DNA of 64,000 nt. It comes from Marsupella aquatica (lineage: Eukaryota > Plantae > Marchantiophyta). The notes beneath the pieces were generated by a model. It saw only the letters and a program-made list of their open reading frames with translations, made no database searches and was not told the origin of the DNA. The stretch lies in assembly GCA_973895155.1 (NCBI GenBank), contig OZ316893.1, positions 4,514,877-4,578,876 on the forward strand, written 5' to 3'. A program made the position numbers and the translations under genes. Below are positions 45,183 to 57,559 of this stretch, piece after piece (position 1 is the stretch's first letter; each line of letters starts with the position of its first letter).

Positions 45183-48066
45183 CTATTGCTTCTTAAGCAA
45201 TCTAGAGTTCCATAGGGCATTCATCCCTTTCACATCAGATAATTTAGACTGGTTCTCCCCTGAATTGGCAAATGGCAATGCCACATCTACAAACACTTCA
45301 ATCACACGCACTCGCAAGAAAGGGCTTTCAAAATCTGCACAATGAAACTTATCTTCTCCTGGCAGCCCTGTCACCTCACCTTCTGCCACTATCATGGAAT
45401 TGTCCACAACGCTCTTCATCTTCACCAAATCTCCTCTTGCAAACTGTGAACAACACATTTTGTTAAAAATGCAATAAACAGAAATTGAAAGATAGAAGAA
45501 CACTCAAATCAAACACACATTTACCTTTGCAACGGGGTTAGGAGACTGCATTGGTTTCTTCTGTGCAGGTGATGCATTTGCTGAGGATCCTTTCTTCCTT
45601 TTCTTCTTTCCCTTTCTAGTTGATGGAGTGTCATCCTGTTCACTTGGAATGGGAGTTTCTTTTGGCAACTCAGATGATTCTGGGGTTACATCTGGTGTCA
45701 ACTGAGTCGACTTATCCTCTGGCAACTGAAAGACATCTGAAATGGCTTCTTTGGGCAACTTAGATGGCAAAAGGTTCACTTCCAATTCAGTTTGCTTTAG
45801 AGTACTGTTAGCTGTGTCAGTTGGTCTTCCCTGCGACACAGGAGGCTCCCCTAAAGATGCTGTCATAAAACACACACAAAAGAAATGCATAAACAAACAT
45901 GTATACACCAGCAACATATAATCACACTAAAAACATGCAAGAACATTATAAACATGCAATGACATATACACATCACAATAATTACATTGAATGGACAGTG
46001 TATACATGATAGAGAATTTTACCTTCATTATCGCCTGAAAAAGTAAGAGATCGCTTTCTACTACCTTGTTTGGTAGTTGTAGTCAACTTACTGTGACTAG
46101 GCACAACTGTTGGAACTTGTGCATTACTGGGGTGATGTGCCATCCACGTAGTCATCATGTTTGTCAACTCCCTCACAGTGCCTTTCAACTCAGCGACATC
46201 CAATTTCACAGCCCCAATGGCAGTGATCTCTTCTTTTGAATGTGGGGTCTGTAAATGAACCACAAACCAACACAACAGTCTCACTGTCAAACTTACAAAC
46301 GACACAACACTGGCTCTGTCAAATGGAGAATGATGTACAAATCAAATTGGTATGACAATACTCACAGCTGATCCATGTCTGTTTCCTTGCCCCAGTAAGC
46401 TAGCACTTTTACCCTCCCCACTTGCCAATGATGGGCTCACCTTTGCTCCCACAAAACTACCAGTCTGACCTTCTGCACTTGCCAATGATGGGCTCATTGT
46501 CACCTTTGGCAATGAACCCTGACTACCATGGTTTTCTTTCAGGTCAGATATACCTGGGCTTGATCCTCTCTTCTGCTTCTGTTCAAACACACAATGAATG
46601 AGAAATCACAGAGTTTGTTTTCATCAAGATTCACAAACAAGACAGAATTGATAGTGAAAATGATAGACAATTTACCATTCTCTTTGCTGCTGCAGCATGC
46701 CCTCCCCTTCCAAAGTGAGAGGTATCTTGCACTCGTGCTCTTTTATCAGTCATCTGTTTACTCAAAGATATCAATGCTGGACTGGTAAAATGAGATACCA
46801 AAGCTGCCCATTTCTTTGGATCAACACCAGATGGCCCAAGTTTGGTTGGATCCTCATTGCAAACTTTCTTCCAATAAACATGCATTTTATGGCGCTCTCT
46901 CTTCAATATGCCACGACAATGACTCTGGAATTTGGTGTTAATAAATTCCCCACCCACATACTCCCACTCAGCTGCCATGTTATTCCACACTGTGGTTGTA
47001 TGAACTTGTGGATGATCAGTCCATTTTGGCTTTGATACATCAAAGACTCTGAGTACGTTGCCACGAAGTTCCTCCAGCCAGTATTGTTTGTTGCCATCAG
47101 AATCATCAATATCATTGTCATAAATCTGCATTTCATAGACAATGTCAGATCATAACTCTGGAATTTATGCAGAGTCCAGGTTTTATACACACAACAACAG
47201 AGAGGATCAGATTTGTCTAAATCTACAAACAAGTACAATACTCACTTTAATGTGTTTGGGCACCTCTCCGCAATCCCTTCGTTGTTTGGCAGTATTATCA
47301 AACTGCTTCTTAGCATGCCTTCGTTCCCTGCGCATCTCAGAGGCCCCTCCTGCAATGCACACACATGCATTCAATCAAAAAATATGTACATGATTGAAAA
47401 GTTGAGCAAATGTACTTGCATATGCAACACGAGCAGATTGTGTATTACCTGAAGATCCTCTGGAATGTAGTACATCAGATTGACCTGATCTGCCTTCAGA
47501 TGCTGATGGAACCACTAAACAAACACACAACACCAAAGCACTTCAATTAATTTCATTTCCAAGTAGAATATCAACTTCCAAACACACCTGAAAAGTAGAA
47601 CAGTACAATCCACTCACTTTCATATAAGAGTCCAGTGTCTGGGTCTTTCCAACATCTCACTAGCCCACCTCCACCAGGCCCAGTCTTCTTAGGACCACGA
47701 TTTTGTTTCTGTACCTACATCATGGACAACGTAAGCATATCAACATATAATTTGAAAAAGGGACAAGGATCCCTTCCTATTAGGATGATGAAGTTCAAGC
47801 ATTACCTGTTGTGCACTCTCTGGTTCTGACCCTCCAATGTCAGAATCCTCAGTGTCATACTCAGAAGGAGAACCATAGCCATCATCACCAAACTCTGCCA
47901 TGTTCACCTTGGTAACTTCTGATAGTCTAGAGCTCCTCCTCTTTGGCAATGTTTCAGTTGAAGTACCTTTCACCAAAGCAGGCTTTCCTCTCTCTCGTTG
48001 TACATGTGTGGTTGGGCCTCTAAGGAACAAAGCAATCATCAACATACACCAATGCAGATCAAACAT
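45183..48066 (-). CDS. CACTA TnpA-like (Transposase_24/Ptta-type) multi-exon gene; exon boundaries approximate
   Basis: A series of short minus-strand ORFs flanked by GT-AG signals. Exon 46631-47131 has PSGVDPKKWAALVSHF...SKQMTDKRARV...HFGRGGH, typical of the family. Confidence 0.7.
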
Positions 48067-48448
48067 ACATGCAAAATGAATCTACAACACCATAACACTA
48101 GTACTTATGTACAGGATCCATACTAGTATGAGACCAATCTGGAATATGAAAACAGAACATGAACCTGACAACTCCATCTACTGAATCAAATTTGCAATAG
48201 ACATATCAACACACACATCAGCTTGCAGTCTGGCCCCAGTCCTAGATCACGCATAATTCTGACATTATGCTCTATGTTCCGATTTCGGGCCTCCTCATAA
48301 GGATTCACAGAATGTGACAACCCTTGCAATCTTCCTTTCACAGGCTGCATTCACCAACTGCACAAATGGATAAACCATTAGTCTGATTTCATAAATAGTC
48401 CATACATGTAGTCCATCTATGGACTTCACACACCTAGCTAAAACCTAT

Positions 48449-51400
48449 TCACTGCTTAGGCCTGCCCTTTCTTGCAGATCCCTCTGCATCTCTGCCTCGT
48501 TTGGGACCAGTACTTGGTCCTGGATTTTCTCTGGACCTACAGGCCTTAGCCAATTCGATGTGTAATTTGACATTGTTTTCCATTGTAGCATGGAAATCAA
48601 CGTCTGTGTAATCACCTAACACCCTTGTGGACCTGGATTCTTTGTGGAGGATTGTTCTCCATGCTATCCCCTTCTCATTGGGGTGGAAGAAAACCTGCTC
48701 CACTTGCTTTGGGAAAACGTAATCCATTTTCTTGGACACACCCAGTTCTCTATGGAAATTCACCTGCCAAAGACCAGACTTGGTATACCTCATACTGGCA
48801 GAGGATTTAGGAGTCCATGATGGATCTGCCCATTTCCCTTTGAAAAGAATCACCTCTTTCCTCAAGCTGCCATAATTCAGTACCAAGATATCTGTCAAGG
48901 CCCCTACATACTGTACAGATTCTTCTATGGTTGCACCAGACCTGTCCACTCGCTTCTCAGTGAATGTAGAAGCCATCCCAGAATCAAAAGTGCTGAAAGC
49001 ACCAGAATCACAATCACTCAAACACCCCAAGGATGGAATAGTCCTCCAATGGTGCCCATAGGCTCTACATGCCCTATACAGTCGTGCCTTCAAACTAGGT
49101 GGTGTGGAGTATGCAGATAGTAATGACCGCTCAGACTCTTTCTCAAAATTATGGGTATTGACTAATGTTTGAAACCATTCCCTGAAAGGTGGCAATTCTT
49201 GGCAGTCTACGGGAAATTCCACTGGTTTTCTTCGATTGGCAGGCTTCCTCATCCACTCCTTCCGGAAATCCACTCTTCGTTTGGTAACAGTCTCATTGGT
49301 AGCATCATATATCCTGCATGGCAACAACAACACTGAAGACATTAGTGCACGATCCACCATGAATATACAAACACAATGGGGAAACATAATTATGATCCAT
49401 ATGCCTAAGGATAGGAGAGTTTCTAGGGTTTATGTACCTATACCATGGAGCCACTGTCTCTTCATTCTCTAATATATAATGATGCATGGCCATCATTTCA
49501 GACCAATCCAAAGTTATCGCCTTTGCAGCCCCTTCCAAAACAATGCTTGCAACGCCAGCATCCTCCTCCAACTCCCAGGTTCGTTTTCCCTCTCCCTTTG
49601 CATCAATCATGTATTCAGAAAGAAATCCCAAAGACTCATCTAATACATAGCCTTCAGCCATAGAAGCCTCTGGACGTGCCTTGTTTCGTACATAACCCTT
49701 CAATACCTTCAGGTTCCTCTCTATTGGGTACATCCATCTGCCTGTAACTGGGCCACACAAGTCTAATTCCTCCACTAGGTGAATCATTAAATGGGTCATG
49801 ACATCAAAGAAGCTTGGTGGAAAATGGATTTCCAAAATGCAGAGAGTGAATGCAACATCCATCATCAAATTCTCATACATTGAAGGGTCCCACACCTTCG
49901 TACAGATCTGGCGATAGATATTGCTCACCCCAGCTATGGCCAAGCGAACCCCTTCATCAAGTAATCCCATTGTTGCCAGAGGGAGAATCTGTTGCATGAG
50001 TTGGTGGAAATCATGTGATTTCAACCCAGAGAGTTTCTTGGATTTTGTAACACACTTTGCCAAAGAACTTGAAAAACCAGTGGGCCCTTTCAAGGTCAAT
50101 AAAACCTCCAAGAACCTTGTTCTTTCCTTCTTGCTCAGGCAATATGGGGCTGGGGGCATCAACAATTTGTCATCCTTACGCTTGGGAGCTGGATTGGGTA
50201 CAAGCCATAGGTGTTGGCGCACCTGTAAGAGCTTCATGTCTTCTCTCACAGAAGGAGTGTCCTTGGTCCCAATGATAGTGTGCACAATGTTGTGTGCAAG
50301 ATTCTTCTCACAGTGCATGGGATCTAGACAATGGTTAATGAGTAGTTTCTGCAGTGGACACACAATTCAGAAATTAGGGCATTGAATACAACTTTTGGCA
50401 TCACTGGGCAGTAGTTTGTGCAGTGGACACAATTCAGAAATTAGTGCATTGAATACAACAATTACAAAATCTGGGCTACAGGAAGTATATGAAGAGAATA
50501 TATTTCAAAGTCATATGAAGAGATTGCAGAAATTCATTGTAGTAGTATGGAGTCTTACATTCCAATAGGGCAACTTGTACAGACCAGTAGCCCTCTTCAC
50601 TCCATGCACCTTTATGGGGCATTTCTCATCCTCAACCTTGGTTCCTCCCTTCTTCAAATATTCTGTTGTCTCGTCTCCCCACTTCTTTCTATCAGAGCTT
50701 GTCATTCTACACGGTGCAGGTCGACTCTCAATTGCACCATCAAAGTATTGTGCACTATCTGGTCTACGAAAAAGATGCCTTGTTGCTAACCATCGACGGT
50801 GGCCACTGTACTCTAATTTCTGCAAGTGCTTAGAACCACGTGCCACACATTCTGGCCCACAGATGACACATCCTTTGTATCCAGAGTGTTGTTGTCCAGA
50901 TATTAAACCATATGCAGGGTAATCATTGATTGTCCACAATAGCACAGCCCTAAGGTTGAAGTGTTGAGACAATCCTGGGCGTGGCAATTTGTCAAAGCAG
51001 GGCACTCCTTTCTTCCACAACAGCTCCAACTCCTCATAGAATGGGCCCAATATTATGTCTAGCTGTTCCTCTGTTACTGAATCAGGTCCTGGAATCAGCA
51101 TAGCTAGCATGACAAAGAACTTCTTGGTGGTAAGCCAAGGAGGTAAATTGTAATTCAACAACAGTATTGGCCAGGTAGACCAAGCTGTGGAATTATTCCC
51201 AAAGGGATTCACCCCATCAAGTGCCAACCCAAATCGCACATTCCTTGGTTCAGCTGCAAATTCCCGATCAATATTTGTATCCACATGCTTCCAAGCCTTT
51301 GAATCTGCTGCGTGCCGAACCATGTTGTCTGTGCTTCTATTCTCATGATGCCAAGTCATGAGTTTAGATGTACCAGCAGTGGCATACAATCTCTTCAACC

Positions 51401-52442
51401 TGGGAATTATAGGGAAATACCGCACTACCTTCCTTGCCTGTAATGAATTCCCCACTCTCTTCATCTTGGGCTGCTGACACACTGAACAGTTTTCTAACTT
51501 GGCATTCTCACCCCTAAAGAGCATACAACCTTTCTCACAGACAGGGATTCTCTCATAATCCAAGCCAAGCTTTCTCAATAGCTGCTTTGCAGCATATAAG
51601 TTCTTGGGCAGATTATGCTCTGTAGGCATACCATGCTCCCCCATCAAAGACAACAATGCATTCACTCCTTTGTTTGAGAATCCATGGCCATGACAGATGT
51701 TCAGCAGAAGCAACATGAATGACACAACATCTATTTTGCTGCCTGGGAACAAAGGTTGCATTGCTGCATCTAAAGATAACTGTGCAGGATCAGTCTCCAC
51801 AGGAGTTTTGGAGGTTTCAAGGGGGTTTACAGGATGGGCACCTCCTTCACTCTCATCATCCCCAAGTACAAAATCCAAGTCAAAACGGTCCTGATCATCT
51901 AGCTCATGCTCAGGGGATTCTTCACTGGTTCTCAGCAACGTTTCTTCCAGTAGAGCCCTGATATGTTCTTCGACATCTATAGTTGGATGTTCTTGAACAT
52001 CCACAGTTGGATACTCTGGAACATCCACAGTTGGATACTCTGGAACATCTACAAATAAATGTTCTTCAACATCTACAGTTGGCTGTTGTGCACAGGTTGC
52101 CTGCTGAAGGTTTGCTACCCTCAATGCCTCAGGGCCATGTTGTGACATGTAGTCAGCACCCCACTCTTCATCAGAAGAGTCCTGTCCCTCTCCCACCCAC
52201 ACTCGACATGCAGGGTACCGACCATGTTTAATAAGGTGCAGTCTAGCAGTATTCCGATTAGTCCTATAATTCCCTTTGCAGTTCACACAAGGGCAGTACA
52301 TCTTATGGTCCCCACTCTTGTGGCAGGCCTTCTGTTCTCGAACCCACAAAGCATCATCACGATGTTGTACTCTAGCTGGATGGAAGAGCGGCAACTTTGG
52401 AGTTCTACCCACACCTAACGTATTCTGTGGCAATTGTGCCAT
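48449..52442 (-). CDS. CACTA TnpD transposase (Transposase_21, DUF4218, DUF4216), three exons, ~1219 aa, apparently intact
   Basis: Exons 52442-50559, 50348-49438 and 49313-48449 join in frame through GT-AG introns. Motifs CPCVNC, RNVRFGLALDGVNPF, WTINDYPAYG, LDPMHCEKN, GLKSHDFH, PPSFFDVMTHL, RWMYPIER and QVEQVFF. Confidence 0.92.
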
Positions 52443-53039
52443 GCTAGCTTGATTGAAATTGTATTCAAACTATGATTTTCAAACTGAATCAGAGTGACAT
52501 GCATACAAAATTGGGCCTACCGTCACAGTTGTACAACCGATGCCAACCACAGTCCAATTGCTCAAACCCACAGAGCCCAGTTTCTCAAATCCACTGTAGT
52601 AGGGCACCTTCTCCTTGCATACAAATAGAGCATCACATACAGTGTCATCAGAATGATACTATGAACGTAAATCTCTGTGCCTTCATCATTTCCAGTATTT
52701 GTTTGCCTATTAGGAATGTGAGCAGACAGGTCTGGAATAAGTAACGTTTGTGACACCAGTGACAAATTTACAAGTGAAGTTTAGACATCAATATGGAGGA
52801 AAGTCACACTCAAAGTACATGCTTGAAAATCAGAATCCTACCCTGGAAAAGATAATAAAGTTGATTTCTCAAAATTAATTGCCTCAATCCGCAATGCACT
52901 GTCGTAGAGTGTGTATACATGAGGAGTTCATCAAACTGCATATAAATAGTCCACATGTTTTAGCACTCTGAAAATTGTTTAAGTCCACGTGAAACCATCA
53001 AAAAGCTCTATCTCAAGTTTGTGTTCGATCCAGCCTCAA

Positions 53040-53699
53040 TCAAATCCAAGATATGTGGCTCCTAGCAGGAGTGCCTAGTGTAGGGTCAATGTCATGGTCA
53101 GGACAGTAAAACATCCCCTTCTTGGGCTGCCCATGCGCTGAGTGATCCCAAATTGTTCGATCATGGGCAAATCCCCTCTGCTGGATAAACAGCAGGCAGT
53201 CTTTGTGCCATGCCTTAGGACACCTCATGCACTGAACCAAAAAGCCATTAGCCCCATCATTGGGCCCCTGTCCACAAGTAAGACAAATATGGAGTCCACA
53301 TGATGCTGTGCCAGGAACCAAACACTGCCGACAGTAAAACCGGGCACAGAGAGAGTCTGGACATTTTCTTACCTCTTCACCAATTTTTCCAGACACATGG
53401 CACTTAAAGCAAGAATGTTCCTCATTCTTGCAATCAACACAAAGCCATTCTCCAACATGGCCATCAGCGAGGGATATAGTTGGGCATAGCCATTGCTGAC
53501 CCAAAGGACAGGAAACATTCTTATGGAAATGTCGGTGGCAAGGCCCATCACAAACAATGAGATCCCCTCCCTCATCACAAATCGCACATACATGTGGACT
53601 ATTCTGGTTAATCTCAATGTCTGAATATAAGGACAATTGAGGTGCTTGAGAGGATTCACCTCTGCAACGATTCATGGCCTTCTGCTTATTGCGAGCCAT
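53040..53699 (-). CDS. Stand-alone EDM2-type composite PHD-finger protein (CACTA cargo)
   Basis: Open ORF: VCAICDEGGDLIVCDGPCHRHFH...WLCVDCKNEEHSCFKC...EVRKCPDSLCARFY...CGLHICLTC...VQCMRCPKAWHKDCL...IWD...FYCPDHDIDPTLGTPARSHISW. The HxID...TPxRxH tail is characteristic of the EDM2 module. Confidence 0.85.
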   Translation of the reverse strand: MARNKQKAMNRCRGESSQAPQLSLYSDIEINQNSPHVCAICDEGGDLIVCDGPCHRHFHKNVSCPLGQQWLCPTISLADGHVGEWLCVDCKNEEHSCFKCHVSGKIGEEVRKCPDSLCARFYCRQCLVPGTASCGLHICLTCGQGPNDGANGFLVQCMRCPKAWHKDCLLFIQQRGFAHDRTIWDHSAHGQPKKGMFYCPDHDIDPTLGTPARSHISWI

Positions 53700-56062
53700 G
53701 GTCCTGCACACTCAGACCCTACATCAGATTGTGAAACAAGAAGGAATAACAGGGTGCAGTATGACACAAAAGAATGAGGGTGCAGCATAAAATATGACAT
53801 GTAACCACAAGGGTGCAACATAAACCAATGCTTTATAGATGGCAAAGCATTTAGGACTGAGCAGCGCAAATAACCTTGGCCTAGATGATTGGAAGCAATC
53901 ACAAATATTGCAACCTGTATGCCTTTGCTTGCTGTACAGCAGTGCTCACTCACCCTGCCTTTTTAAAATCTGTAAGGGCAACACAGAAAAAATAGCAATT
54001 GAGTTTCAGCAAAGCATTCATTTGGCTCTCAAGTTTTAAAATGGACAGAGCAAACACAACAATGTGCACAACAAAGCACAGAGAGCAACAAAACTCCAGC
54101 AAACTGGGACTCAGGCAAGAGATACGAATTTTAGCAGCGAAATCAAATCAAGATTCGGACCTGTGAGTTCAACATGCAGTGCTCACTCACCCTGCCCTTT
54201 TTTAAATCTGTAAAAATCAAGTTTTATTGTGTGCCTTCTACATCTTAAGCTGCTGCACACATCTGTTACAGAACCATAAGTTGCTTTACTCTCAACAAGC
54301 TGCTGGTCCACCCACTTTTTCAAAAGCTGCACCGTACTCTATCTTCGTGCACAAATGACTATACCGGGCTGCTGTCAGAGACCCTTACGAAGGATTTAAA
54401 ATTGACCAAGCTGATTTTAGTTTAGTTTTGTCCAGTTTGCAGACCAAAGGAAATCATGTGGCTGTATTCATGGAGTTGTATTCATTGCTGTGTATGGATG
54501 TTGTGTGAACATCAGACAGTTAGCTGTAAATTACCATAGTTGAAGAGCAAGGCTTGTACAAAAGCCACTAAGGAATTCTCTGAGGTGGCACAGCAGTTGG
54601 CAAACCACACACGAAACTCTGAAACTTTTTGGCGACAAAATTCTACAGAGTCGCTGCTGGAATCAAGTGAGGATTCACCATACATGCTTGCACTTCTCTT
54701 CAGTAAAAAAAAGAGAAAAGAAAAGGGCTATGATACAGAGGGATGTCAAAAGAAGAGTAAGGAAACCAATTCATTGAGGAACATAGACAGACTAAGGAAA
54801 ACATCATACAATGGAAAACTAAGGACTACATTGTAATAATAAGAGATCAAGCTCACCTTGCACCACAAACATTGTCAGACGACAACAAGACAACAAACTG
54901 AATTGAACATAGCAGACAAATCCAACAAGTAGCAATCAGAAATCAACAGCAGACAGACAAAGGACAACTTGGTCAGAACTCGGGCACTTGATTCAGTTGT
55001 GGTAAATAGCTGTTCAGGTTCTGGACAAGCAAGAGCAATACGTGAGCAGACTCCAGAAAAATCATCTCTTGAGATTGAGGAGAAAGGCATTTCCCAGCCA
55101 GCTTACTTATGTCTTGAAAAATGTATCGGACATCGTGGACGCTGGGCCTCAGCTGCTGGCCGCAAGGGAAGATTTTGCCAAAACAAACAATAAAGCTCGA
55201 AGATAGTTAAATTTCTTAGGTCTTTCTAAATGGGGACTGAATTAGCAATTAGAACCAGTAAACCCTGATCTTGGGCAGGCAGAGAGAGAAGAGTCCGCGC
55301 CTAATACTTATGTCTACCCGAATTTTACTGGGACATATGAGCATTGGGATGCCATTGCAAAGCAGAATTTTGTAGCAGTGGAAGGAATCAACATAGATAG
55401 CAGTGGAAGGTCGCAGTGGAGCTAGCATGGTACAGGGAAGGAAATGCAGGCATTGTGCGAGAAAGTGCAATGGCTAGTTCTATGGGATTTCCTTCTCCAA
55501 TCCATGACAGTGCCGACGACACGCACAACTGCTACAATCAGTGCGCGTCCAGGATGCTCCATCGCATCACGTCAGGGAACTCAACATTCTAGACATTCGA
55601 AAACTGCATTCACATTTCTCTGCAAAGGGAACTCAACATTGTAGACATTCAAAAACTGGTGCAAAACTCAGGCACTTAGAGAGAGAGGGACAGAGAGAGA
55701 GCGAGAAAGAGAGAGCAAATAGTCTCTTAGCAATCGGAGCTTCTCTGTCATTGCCATAAGCATACTAGCAGACACTAAGCAACAGAACAAGAAGGCAACA
55801 TTGGATTCATGGACTGACAGCACATTGGTAGCACATTGGCAAAAGCAAAGCAAAAATGCAGAATGAACAAATGGCCAGAAGGGGAAGAAGCGCAAAATTG
55901 CACAACTGACCTTCTCGCACCTCAGCCCAAACTCGCTCCCACAGATATAAGTTCTCGCAGCTCCTTGATGGAACCTCCTGTAGGTTCTCGCCGATTGCAA
56001 CTCCTCACCCACAGCTTCTTGCCGATTGTAGCTTGCTGCTGATTGCAACTCGTCGCTGATTT

Positions 56063-56216
56063 GCAGCTCGTCCTCCGCTCCTCACCCGCAGCTTATCGCC
56101 GATTGTAGGTCGTCCTCCGCTCCTCGCCCGCAGCTTATCGCCGATTGCAGCTCATCCTCCGCTCCTCACCCGCAGCTTATCGCCGATTGCAGCTCATCCT
56201 CCGCTCCTCACCCGCA
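56063..56216. repeat. 42-bp GC-rich tandem repeat, ~3.6 copies
   Basis: tcctccgctcctc recurs at 56071, 56113, 56155 and 56197. Confidence 0.9.
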
Positions 56217-56788
56217 ACAATGACAAATGTAAAGAAGCTATTGCCTTGACCCTGCAATCGGGCACTCCAAAGCCCGAATGTCCTCCAAAGCGCAGGGTCC
56301 TCCAAAGAAGCTCCCAAGTCCTACCGAGGTGCTCCGCCGACCGCGCGCAACAAGCTCAAAAACAATTGTAGCCTGAATGGCTTCGGGTCGGAGCTCCTCC
56401 TCTAAACCTTGCAAATGGTCACTAAAACAATGCCACGTCCAACGCTTCACTCAAACAATGCCTCACCCAATGCTTGCCCGAACAATGCCTCGCCCAACGC
56501 TTCGAAGGGTGTCGAAGCTTGGTGGAATGGAGCACAACGCTGCGCAACCCTAAGCCCTTGCAATGTGCACACAAAGGCATGCCAAGAAATGAGCACATCG
56601 AGCGTTGCCCTCTCGATGTTTTTTCAGGAAAAAGGGCTCCTGTTGGTACGCAAGAACACTTAGCGGGAAAAACCTAATGCTAGACCCCTAAAGCCCGTAA
56701 AGGTAAGGTATTCTGTTGGATGGGGATGGTGGATATTGTGGGTCATTAATTAGGGTTATATTCTGACAATATCTCTCACATGTCTGGA

Positions 56789-56970
56789 CCCCCCATAAGG
56801 CCCTAGGGAAGTTGAGACTAGGTTAATAACAATGTAAACCCCCCCCCCCATAAGGCCCTAGGGAAATACCAACTATAGAGGTTAATAACAAGGTCCGGAC
56901 GCCCCCATAAGGCCCTAAGTAGGGAAGGCAAGGTTAATAACTCATAATGTCACGACCCCCCCCATAAGGT
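56789..56970. repeat. ~55-bp imperfect repeat (cccccataagg...ggttaataac), 4 copies, upstream of the CACTA genes
   Basis: cccccataagg occurs at about 56790, 56845, 56903 and 56959. Confidence 0.75.
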
Positions 56971-57559
56971 CATGGCTGTTTGTGTAGGTGCCAACAAGAA
57001 TGTTAAGGACCAATGTTATATATAAAAAATGATGCTAGCGATATAAAAGGTCCGATATATGCCCGCGATATAAACCCATAACCCGCATGCATGAACACCA
57101 TTTTGGACTACCTTATTGTCTCACCATATGATAGTGATACTCATCCAAATATTAGCATTTAATAGCTCTCCACTCCTGACTCAATTGAGAGAAACCCTCA
57201 TTCATGACTCAAGCACAATTATAGGGTCCCTTACATGCTACATGACCACTACATATGAGGCTATGTTGTGTAAGAGTTTTTGAGAGCATTACACCAAAGC
57301 ATTAATAAGTGAGCCTTCCCATGACTATATGACCTCCAATATGCCAACATTAATGGCTTCCAATATGACAGCGTGAGTGACCCCACGTTTAGTCCTCAGA
57401 TTGAAGCACCATTTAATTCACAAATGACCCAATGAACTCCCTTGTACCTCCAAAGAGAACCCCCCAATAGCCTTTGTAAAGACCACATTTCCAGTCATTT
57501 GGTACTTCTGACCTCTAGTATGACAACCAAGATTACCCTAATTTGAGGTGTTTCCATTA

